The notes under the pieces were generated by a model. That model was given only the letters and a program-made list of their open reading frames with translations, had not been told where the DNA came from and did not search any database. This document shows, in pieces, positions 34,503 through 42,497 of a stretch of DNA of 64,000 bases. Location: the sequence record NC_047979.1. The stretch is one strand, 5' to 3'. Source of the stretch: Escherichia phage Gostya9. How positions within the stretch are numbered: position 1 is the stretch's first letter; the number at the start of each line of letters is the position of its first letter. Made by a program: the position numbers and the translations under genes.

Positions 34503-35851
34503 AGGTTGTTATATCTAATAAAGCCTATTTCAAGCCCGATGATGAACTTTGGGATTATTGTAGTAAGCAAACCACTTACCACATAGAGACAATGACTAGT
34601 AAATACCCTATTATGTATAAGAATAGTGGTGTTGTTGCCAAAGAGATTAAGTGGATTCCTATTACGCGTCTGGATTTACTAGATGCTAAAGGAATAAAAT
34701 ACGAATTAGTTGATAAACGCACGTTAGCTCCGGTAGATATACCAAAACCGTCGTTTAAACTGCGTGAAGAAGATCAGCTTCCAATATACGAAGAGTGCGA
34801 TGATACCTGCATTATTAATGGTAAGCCTGGATTTGGTAAAACTATCCTAGCACTTGCACTTGCGTATAAATTTGGCCAGAAAACTTTGGTAATCTGTACG
34901 AATACATCCATTCGTGAAATGTGGGCGGCGGAAGTTCGTAAATGGTTTGGGTTTGAACCGGGCATCATAGGTTCTGGGAAATACAATATCGATCCACCAA
35001 TTGTAGTCAGTAATATTCAAACAGTGAATAAGCATGCGAATAATCTTTCTAAAGTATTCGGTACTGTTATAGTTGATGAAGTTCACCATTGTGTAGCTAC
35101 AACTTTCACTAACTTCCTAGAAATATCATGTGCTCGCTATAAAATTGGACTATCCGGCACACTAAAACGTAAGGATGGCTTGCAAGTTATGTTCAAAGAT
35201 TTCTTTGGATATAAAATCTTTAGTCCTCCAGTTAATAATACTGTTGCTCCTACAATCCACAGGTACTCCGTACCAGTTGAATTGTCTGGAAACCAAAACG
35301 TACCGTGGGCATTACGTGCTAACGATGTGTATAACCATCCTGAATATCGAGGGGCTATTATAAACCTAGCACATTTATATGTGAATATGGGGCATAAAGT
35401 ACTCATTGTAAGTGATAGAACAGAGTTAATCCAAACAGTACTAGAAGCTCTTACGCAGCGGGGTGTCACAACCTATGAAATTATAGGGGCAACCCACTTA
35501 GATGACCGATTAAAAATTCAGGAAGATATAGCAAAAGGTGGGCCTTGTGTACTTGCAGCAGCTCAAAGTATCTTCTCTGAAGGTATTTCCCTTAATGAGC
35601 TATCTTGTTTAATAATGGGAAGCCTCATTAATAATGAATCTCTCATTGAACAGCTTGCAGGCCGTGTTCAACGTATTGTCGATGGTAAACTCGACCCTAT
35701 TGTTGTAGATCTAATTATGAAAGGTGGCACTGGACTAAGACAGGCTTCTGGACGTATGGCAGTATACCGTAACAATGGGTGGAAAACTATTACTATGACT
35801 CCTGAGAAAGCAGTTCAATTAGCCAAAATTGCATTTGGCAACAGCTCATAA
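34499..35851 (+). CDS. D10: SF2 DNA helicase (T5 D10-like)
   Basis: Walker A GKPGFGKT and DExH box VIVDEVHH; 450 aa. Confidence 0.75.
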   Translation: MKVVISNKAYFKPDDELWDYCSKQTTYHIETMTSKYPIMYKNSGVVAKEIKWIPITRLDLLDAKGIKYELVDKRTLAPVDIPKPSFKLREEDQLPIYEECDDTCIINGKPGFGKTILALALAYKFGQKTLVICTNTSIREMWAAEVRKWFGFEPGIIGSGKYNIDPPIVVSNIQTVNKHANNLSKVFGTVIVDEVHHCVATTFTNFLEISCARYKIGLSGTLKRKDGLQVMFKDFFGYKIFSPPVNNTVAPTIHRYSVPVELSGNQNVPWALRANDVYNHPEYRGAIINLAHLYVNMGHKVLIVSDRTELIQTVLEALTQRGVTTYEIIGATHLDDRLKIQEDIAKGGPCVLAAAQSIFSEGISLNELSCLIMGSLINNESLIEQLAGRVQRIVDGKLDPIVVDLIMKGGTGLRQASGRMAVYRNNGWKTITMTPEKAVQLAKIAFGNSS

Positions 35852-35863
35852 ATGATGTATAAT
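35835..35863 (+). promoter_or_regulatory. sigma70-type promoter (TTGGCA-N17-TATAAT)
   Basis: TTGGCA, 17-bp spacer, TATAAT, then CATAAATTTGAGAGAG box; no convincing ORF follows for about 200 nt. Confidence 0.45.
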
Positions 35864-35934
35864 ATATACATAAATTTGAGAGAGAAAGTTTCGGATTGAT
35901 AAGAAAGTCCGAAGCAGAAAAATAAAAATTTTAG

Positions 35935-35964
35935 TTGCTAAATTCTCTTGAAATCTAGTATAAT
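35935..35964 (+). promoter_or_regulatory. sigma70-type promoter (TTGCTA-N18-TATAAT)
   Basis: TTGCTA, 18-bp spacer, TATAAT, then CATAAATTCGAGGAG box. Confidence 0.45.
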
Positions 35965-36071
35965 ATATACATAAATTCGAGGAGAAAACAAAAATTAAAT
36001 TCTTCGATTATGAAAGGCTATATTTACTAGCTAGAGGAAATTCCGACCTAATTATTAAGCTATTCAAAAGA

Positions 36072-36356
36072 ATGCTTACAGAGCCTGATGCTCACCAATT
36101 ATTGGTCGGTTCCTCATTCATTTTGAATGAATCAACAATAGTTGATAATCCAAATAAATTGTCTAATAGACAACTGGCAGAATATCTAGGAATTTTAAGT
36201 CTACGAAATTATGCCGAATACAAGTTTACAAACGATCCTAGTTTGGACATACAATATGTTCCAGTATGGATACCACGTTTAGTAATCGACACTAACCCAC
36301 TAATCGCAATTAACAAATCGAAATTAATCTTTAAAGAGGAAATAAAATATGGCTAA
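36072..36356 (+). CDS. hypothetical protein (94 aa), uncertain
   Basis: ATG-initiated ORF without a clear RBS; its stop overlaps the start of the next gene. Confidence 0.3.
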   Translation: MLTEPDAHQLLVGSSFILNESTIVDNPNKLSNRQLAEYLGILSLRNYAEYKFTNDPSLDIQYVPVWIPRLVIDTNPLIAINKSKLIFKEEIKYG

Positions 36357-37122
36357 GTCTTGGGGCGAAACTACTGGCGGTTCTAACGATAAAATCGAAT
36401 TCCTGAAGTTCAATAACGGTATCACTCGTGTTCGTATCGTTTCTGGTGTTCTTCCACGTTATGTTTATTGGCTGACTAATAAAGAAGGTGGCGTAGCTCC
36501 TTTCGAATGTCTCCGTTTTAACCGTGACAAAGAGAGCTTTGTTCGTGGTAAAGCTGATCCGGTTCATGAGATGGGCTTCTTTGAGAAAGAGCTGGATAAA
36601 GATGGTAATCGCGTTCCACTGAAACCGAAGAAAAACTATATCGCTTTTGTTATCGACCGTTCTGATAACAAACTGAAAGTAATGGAAGTCAAAGCTACTA
36701 TTCTGAAAGGCATCCAGTCTATCATGAAACAGTTGAATCTGGCAACTCCGTTTGATATTGATATTTCTATCGAGAAAAAAGGCAAAGGTTTCGATACTGA
36801 GTATGATGTACAGCAGATTGCTGCTATGCAGTTCCAGATTAAGCTACAAGATCCTAACAGTGCAGAATCTAAGCAATATGCTGCAGATGTAGATCTGATT
36901 GGTGAAGCTATGTGTGATGAAGATGGCGACATCATTAAGTTCGAGAAAGTTCCTTCTCTGGAACAAACCTATCCGGTTCCTACCTATGAAGAGCAGAAAG
37001 AAGCAATTCAAGCCTTCATGGAAGGTCGTGAGAATAAAGATGATGATGCCAAGTCTGGTAATAGCAATGCTGGTTCCCAGAAAGGTATTGACCAAGAAGC
37101 TGCAAGCGATCTGGACGACTAA
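36349..37122 (+). CDS. putative ssDNA-binding protein (acidic C-terminal tail), D11-position gene
   Basis: 257 aa; strong RBS AAAGAGGAAAT; host-optimised codons; acidic C-terminus ending ...EAASDLDD as in phage SSBs. Function inferred, not demonstrated. Confidence 0.45.
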   Translation: MAKSWGETTGGSNDKIEFLKFNNGITRVRIVSGVLPRYVYWLTNKEGGVAPFECLRFNRDKESFVRGKADPVHEMGFFEKELDKDGNRVPLKPKKNYIAFVIDRSDNKLKVMEVKATILKGIQSIMKQLNLATPFDIDISIEKKGKGFDTEYDVQQIAAMQFQIKLQDPNSAESKQYAADVDLIGEAMCDEDGDIIKFEKVPSLEQTYPVPTYEEQKEAIQAFMEGRENKDDDAKSGNSNAGSQKGIDQEAASDLDD

Positions 37123-37128
37123 TAAATA

Positions 37129-37153
37129 GAGGGGCTTCGGCCCCTTTCTTTTT
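37129..37153 (+). terminator. rho-independent terminator
   Basis: Hairpin GAGGGGC-TTCG-GCCCC followed by TTTCTTTTT. Confidence 0.65.
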
Positions 37154-37158
37154 AACTT

Positions 37159-38136
37159 ATGAGAATATTATTTAGTGCTGATCATCATATTAAGCTGGGC
37201 CAAGATAAGATACCCAAAGAATGGCAGAAGCGTCGCTTCCTGATGCTAGGGGAACGGTTAAATGATATATTCCATAATCATAACTGTGATCTTCATATTA
37301 TTGGTGGTGATTTATTTGATCATTCCGACCCGTCGTCGGAAGAAGTAGAACTTCTAGAAAAATTTATGTCTAGGCTAGATCATATAGGAATGGTATTTAC
37401 AGGTAATCATGAATTAATAACTAAAACCATTTCATGTCTATACCATTATGCGGGAGTTATTAATAAAGTAACTAGTGGAAAGTGGGAAGTAATTACCAAA
37501 CCATATCGTTCCCCTGAATTTGATATTGTTCCGTATGATGAGATTCATAAACCCAAGTGGAAACCTGCTGAATCAAAACTATGTTTCACGCATGTTCGTG
37601 GCGAAATCCCTCCACATGTAAAACCAGAAATTGATCTAACTAAGTACAACTGTTATGATACTGTAATTGCTGGCGATCTACATTCTTATACTAATAGCCA
37701 GACTATCGGATCTACCAGACTTCTCTACCCAGGGTCTCCATTAACTACATCGTTCCATAGAGAACGCACAAAAGGTACGAATGGTTGCTTTATCATTGAT
37801 ACCGACACATTAAAAGTAGAATGGATTGAACTAGGTGATTTACCACAACTGATTCGTAAAACAATCGGAGCTGGTGAAGAAATGGAACCTAGTGATTATG
37901 ATCGTGTAGTCTACGAAGTTACTGGTGACGTTGTTCAATTAAAGTCTATCAAAGACTCTGATTTATTAGATAAGAAGATTAACCATCGAGTTACTAAAGA
38001 CGCTAAGTTAAATCTTGTTGATCTTGATATGTTAGGTGAACTTGAACTTTACTTCCGTGAAGTTGAGAAGCTACCTCAAGGCGACATTGATAGAATCTTG
38101 GCTAGAGCTGCGAAATATGTCAAAGATTACAATTAA
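37159..38136 (+). CDS. D12: SbcD/Mre11-like nuclease (T5 D12-like)
   Basis: Calcineurin-like phosphoesterase motifs: SADHHI (D-x-H), GGDLFDH (GD), FTGNHE (GNHE). Confidence 0.8.
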   Translation: MRILFSADHHIKLGQDKIPKEWQKRRFLMLGERLNDIFHNHNCDLHIIGGDLFDHSDPSSEEVELLEKFMSRLDHIGMVFTGNHELITKTISCLYHYAGVINKVTSGKWEVITKPYRSPEFDIVPYDEIHKPKWKPAESKLCFTHVRGEIPPHVKPEIDLTKYNCYDTVIAGDLHSYTNSQTIGSTRLLYPGSPLTTSFHRERTKGTNGCFIIDTDTLKVEWIELGDLPQLIRKTIGAGEEMEPSDYDRVVYEVTGDVVQLKSIKDSDLLDKKINHRVTKDAKLNLVDLDMLGELELYFREVEKLPQGDIDRILARAAKYVKDYN

Positions 38137-39955
38137 GACACTAAAATTTAGTAACGTTATGTCTTACGGTAAGGACATCGTAATTCATTTCGATAAGAAT
38201 CCAGTTACTCAACTAATTGGCGGCAATGGGCTAGGGAAATCCACTATCGCCACTGTTATAGAAGAGCTATTCTATAATAAAAATTCTCGCGGTATCAAGA
38301 AGGATGCATTGTTCTCTTGGAATGCCCCTAAGAAAGAATACGATATGCACGCTTATTTCTCGAAAGATGATGATGAGTATGAGCTGCATAAAGTTGTCAA
38401 GTCAACTGCTAAGGTTACACTCATTAAGAATGGGGAAGATATTAGTGGACATACGGCAACCCAAACATATAAGATGATTGAGGAGATTATGGGTGGTGAC
38501 TTTCAAACATTCACCAAACTGATTTATCAATCAGTGGGTTCCAACCTAGACTTTCTAAAAGCAACGGATGCAACACGTAAAGCGTTTCTTGTTAATTTGT
38601 TCAATCAAGAGCAATACAAAGAAATGTCGGAAACTATTAAGGCTGACCGTAAAGAAATAGCAAATACCTTAAATAATTTGCAGGGCCAAATGGCTGTAAT
38701 TACGAAAATCCTTAATGGAAAAAATAATCTAGGAACTTTGCAGGAACCTGTAGAAGTACCGGAGTTTAATGAAGAGCCATTAGCACAAGAACTTACTGAA
38801 TCGAAAATTAAGGCGGCATTAGCCAAGTCTCAAGAGGCTAATATTACTAAGTTGCGTAATTTGGACAAAGCTGTACAAGTTGCCGAACAATCTTTCGAAC
38901 CTTTCAAAAATTTGCCCGCGCCCACCGACCAAAATGAAGAGATCTCAAGTGTTACGCGTGACCTAACGATTGTGACCTCACGTGCGAGCGAAGTTAAGAA
39001 ACGTTATCAGAAGTTCAAGCAAGAGGCTTCAAATACTGAATGCCCTACTTGCGGTACTCATCTGGATACAACTGCTGCTCAAAAAGCAATGGATATGGCT
39101 AGAACAGAATATGATCCTCTGTTCAAAGAGAAGCAGTCTCTTGAAGCTAAGCTAGAACAGTTGAAGAAAGAACAACTTGAGTACGTTGCGTATACTAGAG
39201 CAAAAGATGCTTTGGATAAAGCAGTGGCAGCTAGAGACGAGTTCAAAAATTCAATGAGTGATGCTTCTTTTGAAGAACTCAATGTGCAAATCCTACAGGT
39301 GCAAATCCGACAATTAGAACAGGAAATCGCTGATGGCCGCTCTAAAGTTGCGATTGCCAAAGAGCATAATGCAAATGTCGAATTAGCTAATGCAAAATAT
39401 AAAGCGAAACTAGAACAGATTGAGAAAGCTGAAGCAGAAATGACTGAGATTACTTCCAAACTTGATGGAGTAGCCGAAGCTGTAGCTGATCTTGATATTC
39501 TAATTGCTGCTTTGAAAAATCTGGTAGGATATAAACTAGAGCATAGTGTGAAAGTATTTGAAGAACTAATTAATAAATACCTTTCCATTATGACTGGTGG
39601 TAAATTCGCACTTGGATTTGAGCTTGATGAAACGAAATTACAAGTAGTAATCTTCAATGATGGAAACCGTACCAGTATGGAGAACTGCTCTACTGGTCAG
39701 CAAAGTCGAATTAATCTAGCAACCCTGCTAGCTATTCGGATGCTGTTAACATCTATTAGTAAAGTTAATATTAATCTTCTATTCCTTGATGAGGTAATTA
39801 GCTTTATTGATACGAAAGGACTTGATACTCTCGTTGAACTATTAAATGAGGAAGAAAGTCTAAATTCTATCATTGTTTCTCACGGGCATACGCATCCATT
39901 GGCTCATAAGATTACTGTCAAGAAAGATGCAGAAGGATTTTCCTACTTAGAATAA
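38117..39955 (+). CDS. D13: SbcC/Rad50-like ATPase (T5 D13-like)
   Basis: N-terminal Walker A GGNGLGKST, long coiled-coil with a central CPTCGT zinc-hook-like CxxC, C-terminal signature/Walker B region (LLFLDEVISFID). ATG at 38117 overlaps the D12 end. Confidence 0.8.
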   Translation: MSKITIKTLKFSNVMSYGKDIVIHFDKNPVTQLIGGNGLGKSTIATVIEELFYNKNSRGIKKDALFSWNAPKKEYDMHAYFSKDDDEYELHKVVKSTAKVTLIKNGEDISGHTATQTYKMIEEIMGGDFQTFTKLIYQSVGSNLDFLKATDATRKAFLVNLFNQEQYKEMSETIKADRKEIANTLNNLQGQMAVITKILNGKNNLGTLQEPVEVPEFNEEPLAQELTESKIKAALAKSQEANITKLRNLDKAVQVAEQSFEPFKNLPAPTDQNEEISSVTRDLTIVTSRASEVKKRYQKFKQEASNTECPTCGTHLDTTAAQKAMDMARTEYDPLFKEKQSLEAKLEQLKKEQLEYVAYTRAKDALDKAVAARDEFKNSMSDASFEELNVQILQVQIRQLEQEIADGRSKVAIAKEHNANVELANAKYKAKLEQIEKAEAEMTEITSKLDGVAEAVADLDILIAALKNLVGYKLEHSVKVFEELINKYLSIMTGGKFALGFELDETKLQVVIFNDGNRTSMENCSTGQQSRINLATLLAIRMLLTSISKVNINLLFLDEVISFIDTKGLDTLVELLNEEESLNSIIVSHGHTHPLAHKITVKKDAEGFSYLE

Positions 39956-39958
39956 AAC

Positions 39959-40441
39959 ATGGCCGTAGATAGTAGAGAGAAAGGCAAACGTGGTGAATAT
40001 CAGGTAAGAGATATTCTACGTGAGCGTACTGGTCTTGAGTGGGAACGTGTTCCAGGCTCTGGTGCTTTTGGCCAGAGCCACGGACTGAAAGGTGACATTT
40101 ACCTTCCCCCACAAAGTGGACATATTAGTAAATACTGCTTCGAAGTTAAGTGGTATAAAGACGACGCATTATCAAGTAATTTATTTAATGTTGGTGAATC
40201 CACTCTAGAGAAGTGGTGGCAGCAGTGCTCACGTGAAGGTGAGCAGATGAACTCCAAACCTGCATTAATATTCAAAAAAGACAGAGGACAGTGGTTAATA
40301 GCTTTGGATAGCTCAGACCCGATGGTTGACAACTTAATGAGTCGTACCCATATGGTGTTAAATAAGAAAGATATGGAAATTGTAATAGGGTTGTTTGAAC
40401 CGTGGCTACATCATGCATCTGTTGAGGACTTAATTAAATAA
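39959..40441 (+). CDS. PD-(D/E)xK nuclease, Hjc-like Holliday-junction resolvase candidate (D14-position)
   Basis: GKRGEYQVRDILRERTGLEWERVPGSG ... GDIYL ... CFEVKW reproduces the Hjc-type layout (Gly-rich N-term, SG, catalytic D ... E-x-K). Confidence 0.5.
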   Translation: MAVDSREKGKRGEYQVRDILRERTGLEWERVPGSGAFGQSHGLKGDIYLPPQSGHISKYCFEVKWYKDDALSSNLFNVGESTLEKWWQQCSREGEQMNSKPALIFKKDRGQWLIALDSSDPMVDNLMSRTHMVLNKKDMEIVIGLFEPWLHHASVEDLIK

Positions 40442-41316
40442 TGAGTAAATCCTGGGGAAAATTTATTGAAGAAGAGGAAGCTGAAATGGCTTCCCGTCGC
40501 AACCTAATGATTGTCGATGGAACTAACTTAGGCTTTCGCTTCAAACATAATAATAGTAAGAAACCATTTGCCTCAAGTTATGTTTCCACTATTCAGTCTC
40601 TGGCAAAGTCTTATTCTGCTAGAACTACAATAGTTTTAGGGGATAAGGGGAAATCTGTATTTCGTCTAGAACATCTACCAGAGTATAAAGGTAATCGTGA
40701 TGAAAAGTACGCACAACGTACGGAAGAGGAGAAAGCATTAGATGAGCAGTTCTTTGAGTATTTGAAAGATGCTTTCGAGTTGTGTGAAACTACATTCCCA
40801 ACTTTTACCATTCGTGGCGTAGAAGCAGATGATATGGCAGCTTATATTGTTAAACTCATCGGGCATTTATATGATCACGTTTGGTTGATTTCTACTGACG
40901 GTGACTGGGATACCTTATTAACTGATAAAGTTTCTCGTTTCTCTTTCACAACACGTCGTGAATACCACCTTCGTGATATGTATGAGCACCATAATGTTGA
41001 CGATGTAGAGCAGTTTATCTCTCTAAAAGCAATTATGGGTGATCTAGGGGATAATATTCGTGGTGTTGAAGGTATTGGGGCAAAACGCGGGTATAACATT
41101 ATTCGTGAATTCGGTAACGTTCTGGATATTATTGATCAGCTTCCACTGCCTGGAAAACAGAAATATATACAGAATTTAAATGCTTCGGAAGAATTGCTCT
41201 ATCGAAACTTAATTCTGGTTGATTTACCAACCTACTGTGTAGACGCTATTGCTGCTGTAGGTCAAGACGTATTAGATAAGTTTACAAAAGATATTTTGGA
41301 GATTGCAGAACAATGA
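40441..41316 (+). CDS. D15: flap endonuclease / 5'-3' exonuclease (T5 D15-like)
   Basis: N-terminal LMIVDGTNLGFRFKH and downstream acidic clusters typical of the FEN/5'-nuclease family; 291 aa. Confidence 0.85.
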   Translation: MSKSWGKFIEEEEAEMASRRNLMIVDGTNLGFRFKHNNSKKPFASSYVSTIQSLAKSYSARTTIVLGDKGKSVFRLEHLPEYKGNRDEKYAQRTEEEKALDEQFFEYLKDAFELCETTFPTFTIRGVEADDMAAYIVKLIGHLYDHVWLISTDGDWDTLLTDKVSRFSFTTRREYHLRDMYEHHNVDDVEQFISLKAIMGDLGDNIRGVEGIGAKRGYNIIREFGNVLDIIDQLPLPGKQKYIQNLNASEELLYRNLILVDLPTYCVDAIAAVGQDVLDKFTKDILEIAEQ

Positions 41317-41759
41317 TTAAAATTAAGTTAACTCATCCAGATTGTATGCCTAAGATTGGTTCCGAAGATGCCGCAGGTATGGATCTGCGAGCATTCTTTG
41401 GTACTAACCCTGCAGCGGATTTACGTGCTATTGCACCAGGCAAATCCCTAATGATTGACACCGGTGTCGCGGTAGAAATTCCGCGAGGTTGGTTCGGTTT
41501 GGTGGTTCCGCGTAGTTCTTTAGGAAAGCGCCATTTGATGATCGCAAACACCGCAGGAGTGATCGACTCAGACTATCGTGGTACTATTAAGATGAACCTT
41601 TATAACTACGGTTCTGAAATTCAAACTCTGGAGAATTTTGAAAGACTTTGCCAACTAGTGGTACTACCACATTACTCAACTCATAACTTTAAAATCGTTG
41701 ACGAACTAGGGGAGACTAATCGTGGGGAAGGCGGATTTGGAAGTTCAGGAAGTAAATAA
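41313..41759 (+). CDS. dut: dUTP pyrophosphatase
   Basis: dUTPase motifs AGMDLRA, RSSLG, GVIDSDYRG and C-terminal RGEGGFGSSG. Confidence 0.85.
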   Translation: MIKIKLTHPDCMPKIGSEDAAGMDLRAFFGTNPAADLRAIAPGKSLMIDTGVAVEIPRGWFGLVVPRSSLGKRHLMIANTAGVIDSDYRGTIKMNLYNYGSEIQTLENFERLCQLVVLPHYSTHNFKIVDELGETNRGEGGFGSSGSK

Positions 41760-41775
41760 TTTTACTGATCCTAAT

Positions 41776-41985
41776 ATGGTAGGTATTGATACTAATGTGT
41801 CAACTTATCAGACTAAAACTACTGAACCAGAAACATTTATACTAAAAACAGACAAAGAAGGTAATGTTACTTTCTGGGATCCTGAAGGTTTTGTAGAGCT
41901 TTGTACTAATACAGATAATGAGCAGTTAAAATTACTACTAACTATTTATAATCTTGGTATTATAGAAGGTTGTAGAAGAGAATAA
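41776..41985 (+). CDS. small hypothetical protein (69 aa), uncertain start
   Basis: In-frame ATG at 41776 (a GTG at 41722 is also possible); ends just before the bidirectional terminator. Confidence 0.35.
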   Translation: MVGIDTNVSTYQTKTTEPETFILKTDKEGNVTFWDPEGFVELCTNTDNEQLKLLLTIYNLGIIEGCRRE

Positions 41986-41987
41986 TA

Positions 41988-42022
41988 GAAAACCCCAGTG
42001 GACAAAATCCACTGGGGTTTTA
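41988..42022. terminator. bidirectional rho-independent terminator at the early/late convergence point
   Basis: Perfect 9-bp stem CCCCAGTGG / CCACTGGGG with 7-nt loop, flanked by GAAAA upstream and TTTTA downstream. Confidence 0.75.
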
Positions 42023-42042
42023 TTGTACTTAGCATCATAAAA

Positions 42043-42240
42043 CTATGCTAAGTTCTCTATATTAACAAGTTTATTTACAAAGGCTTTAAGTTCTTCAGCG
42101 AAGTTACCGCGACCACCCAAACCGTTACCGATCCAGGAACCAATTAAACCACCGATCGCACCACCGATACCAGCCGCACCAGCTTCACCGCCGAAACCGT
42201 CGCCACCGAGATTAGTAGGTAAAAGAGTCGTGTCAGACAT
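42043..42240 (-). CDS. small glycine-zipper protein (about 65 aa; a longer 106-aa form from ATG 42363 is possible)
   Basis: ATG at 42240 with GGAG RBS 8 nt upstream. MSDTTLLPTNLGGDGFGGEAGAAGIGGAIGGLIGSWIGNGLGGRGNF carries repeated GxxxG motifs; last minus-strand gene before the convergent terminator. Confidence 0.45.
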   Translation of the reverse strand: MSDTTLLPTNLGGDGFGGEAGAAGIGGAIGGLIGSWIGNGLGGRGNFAEELKAFVNKLVNIENLA

Positions 42241-42275
42241 AGGAAAATCTCCATATATGGATTTGTTAAGCGGAT

Positions 42276-42291
42276 GTAACCAACTGGTTAC
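42276..42291. promoter_or_regulatory. perfect 7-2-7 inverted repeat GTAACCA-AC-TGGTTAC, candidate operator
   Basis: Lies about 40 nt upstream of the small-gene ATG; a second 10-bp palindrome CCATATATGG (42251-42260) abuts the RBS. Confidence 0.35.
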
Positions 42292-42461
42292 GCTGGTAAG
42301 TATACTCGTTAACATATTATTTACCATGATATGCGTGTAAATAAATTGTAAATAGTTTGGCATTGGTACTCTTATAATGCAATGGACGTCACGACTTGAA
42401 CAAAATGAGGAAGCTATGTTTAAACGCGGTGCGGTCGCAGGTAAGGTGAGAAAGTAACAAC

Positions 42462-42486
42462 TAAAAAAGGAGCCAAACGGCTCCTT
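42462..42486 (-). terminator. rho-independent terminator after the tail-fibre gene
   Basis: Hairpin GGAGCC-GTTT-GGCTCC followed on the minus strand by TTTTTT. Confidence 0.6.
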
Positions 42487-42497
42487 AATTATTGTGG

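Noticed and set aside
39079-39657. 192-aa minus-strand ORF inside the SbcC-like gene
   Set aside because: Antisense to D13; Ser/Ala/Cys-rich low-complexity translation of the coiled-coil coding strand.
42241-42450. Canonical sigma70 promoter for the glycine-zipper gene
   Set aside because: Only weak -35/-10 combinations with wrong spacing were found by eye; no promoter is annotated, only the palindromes.
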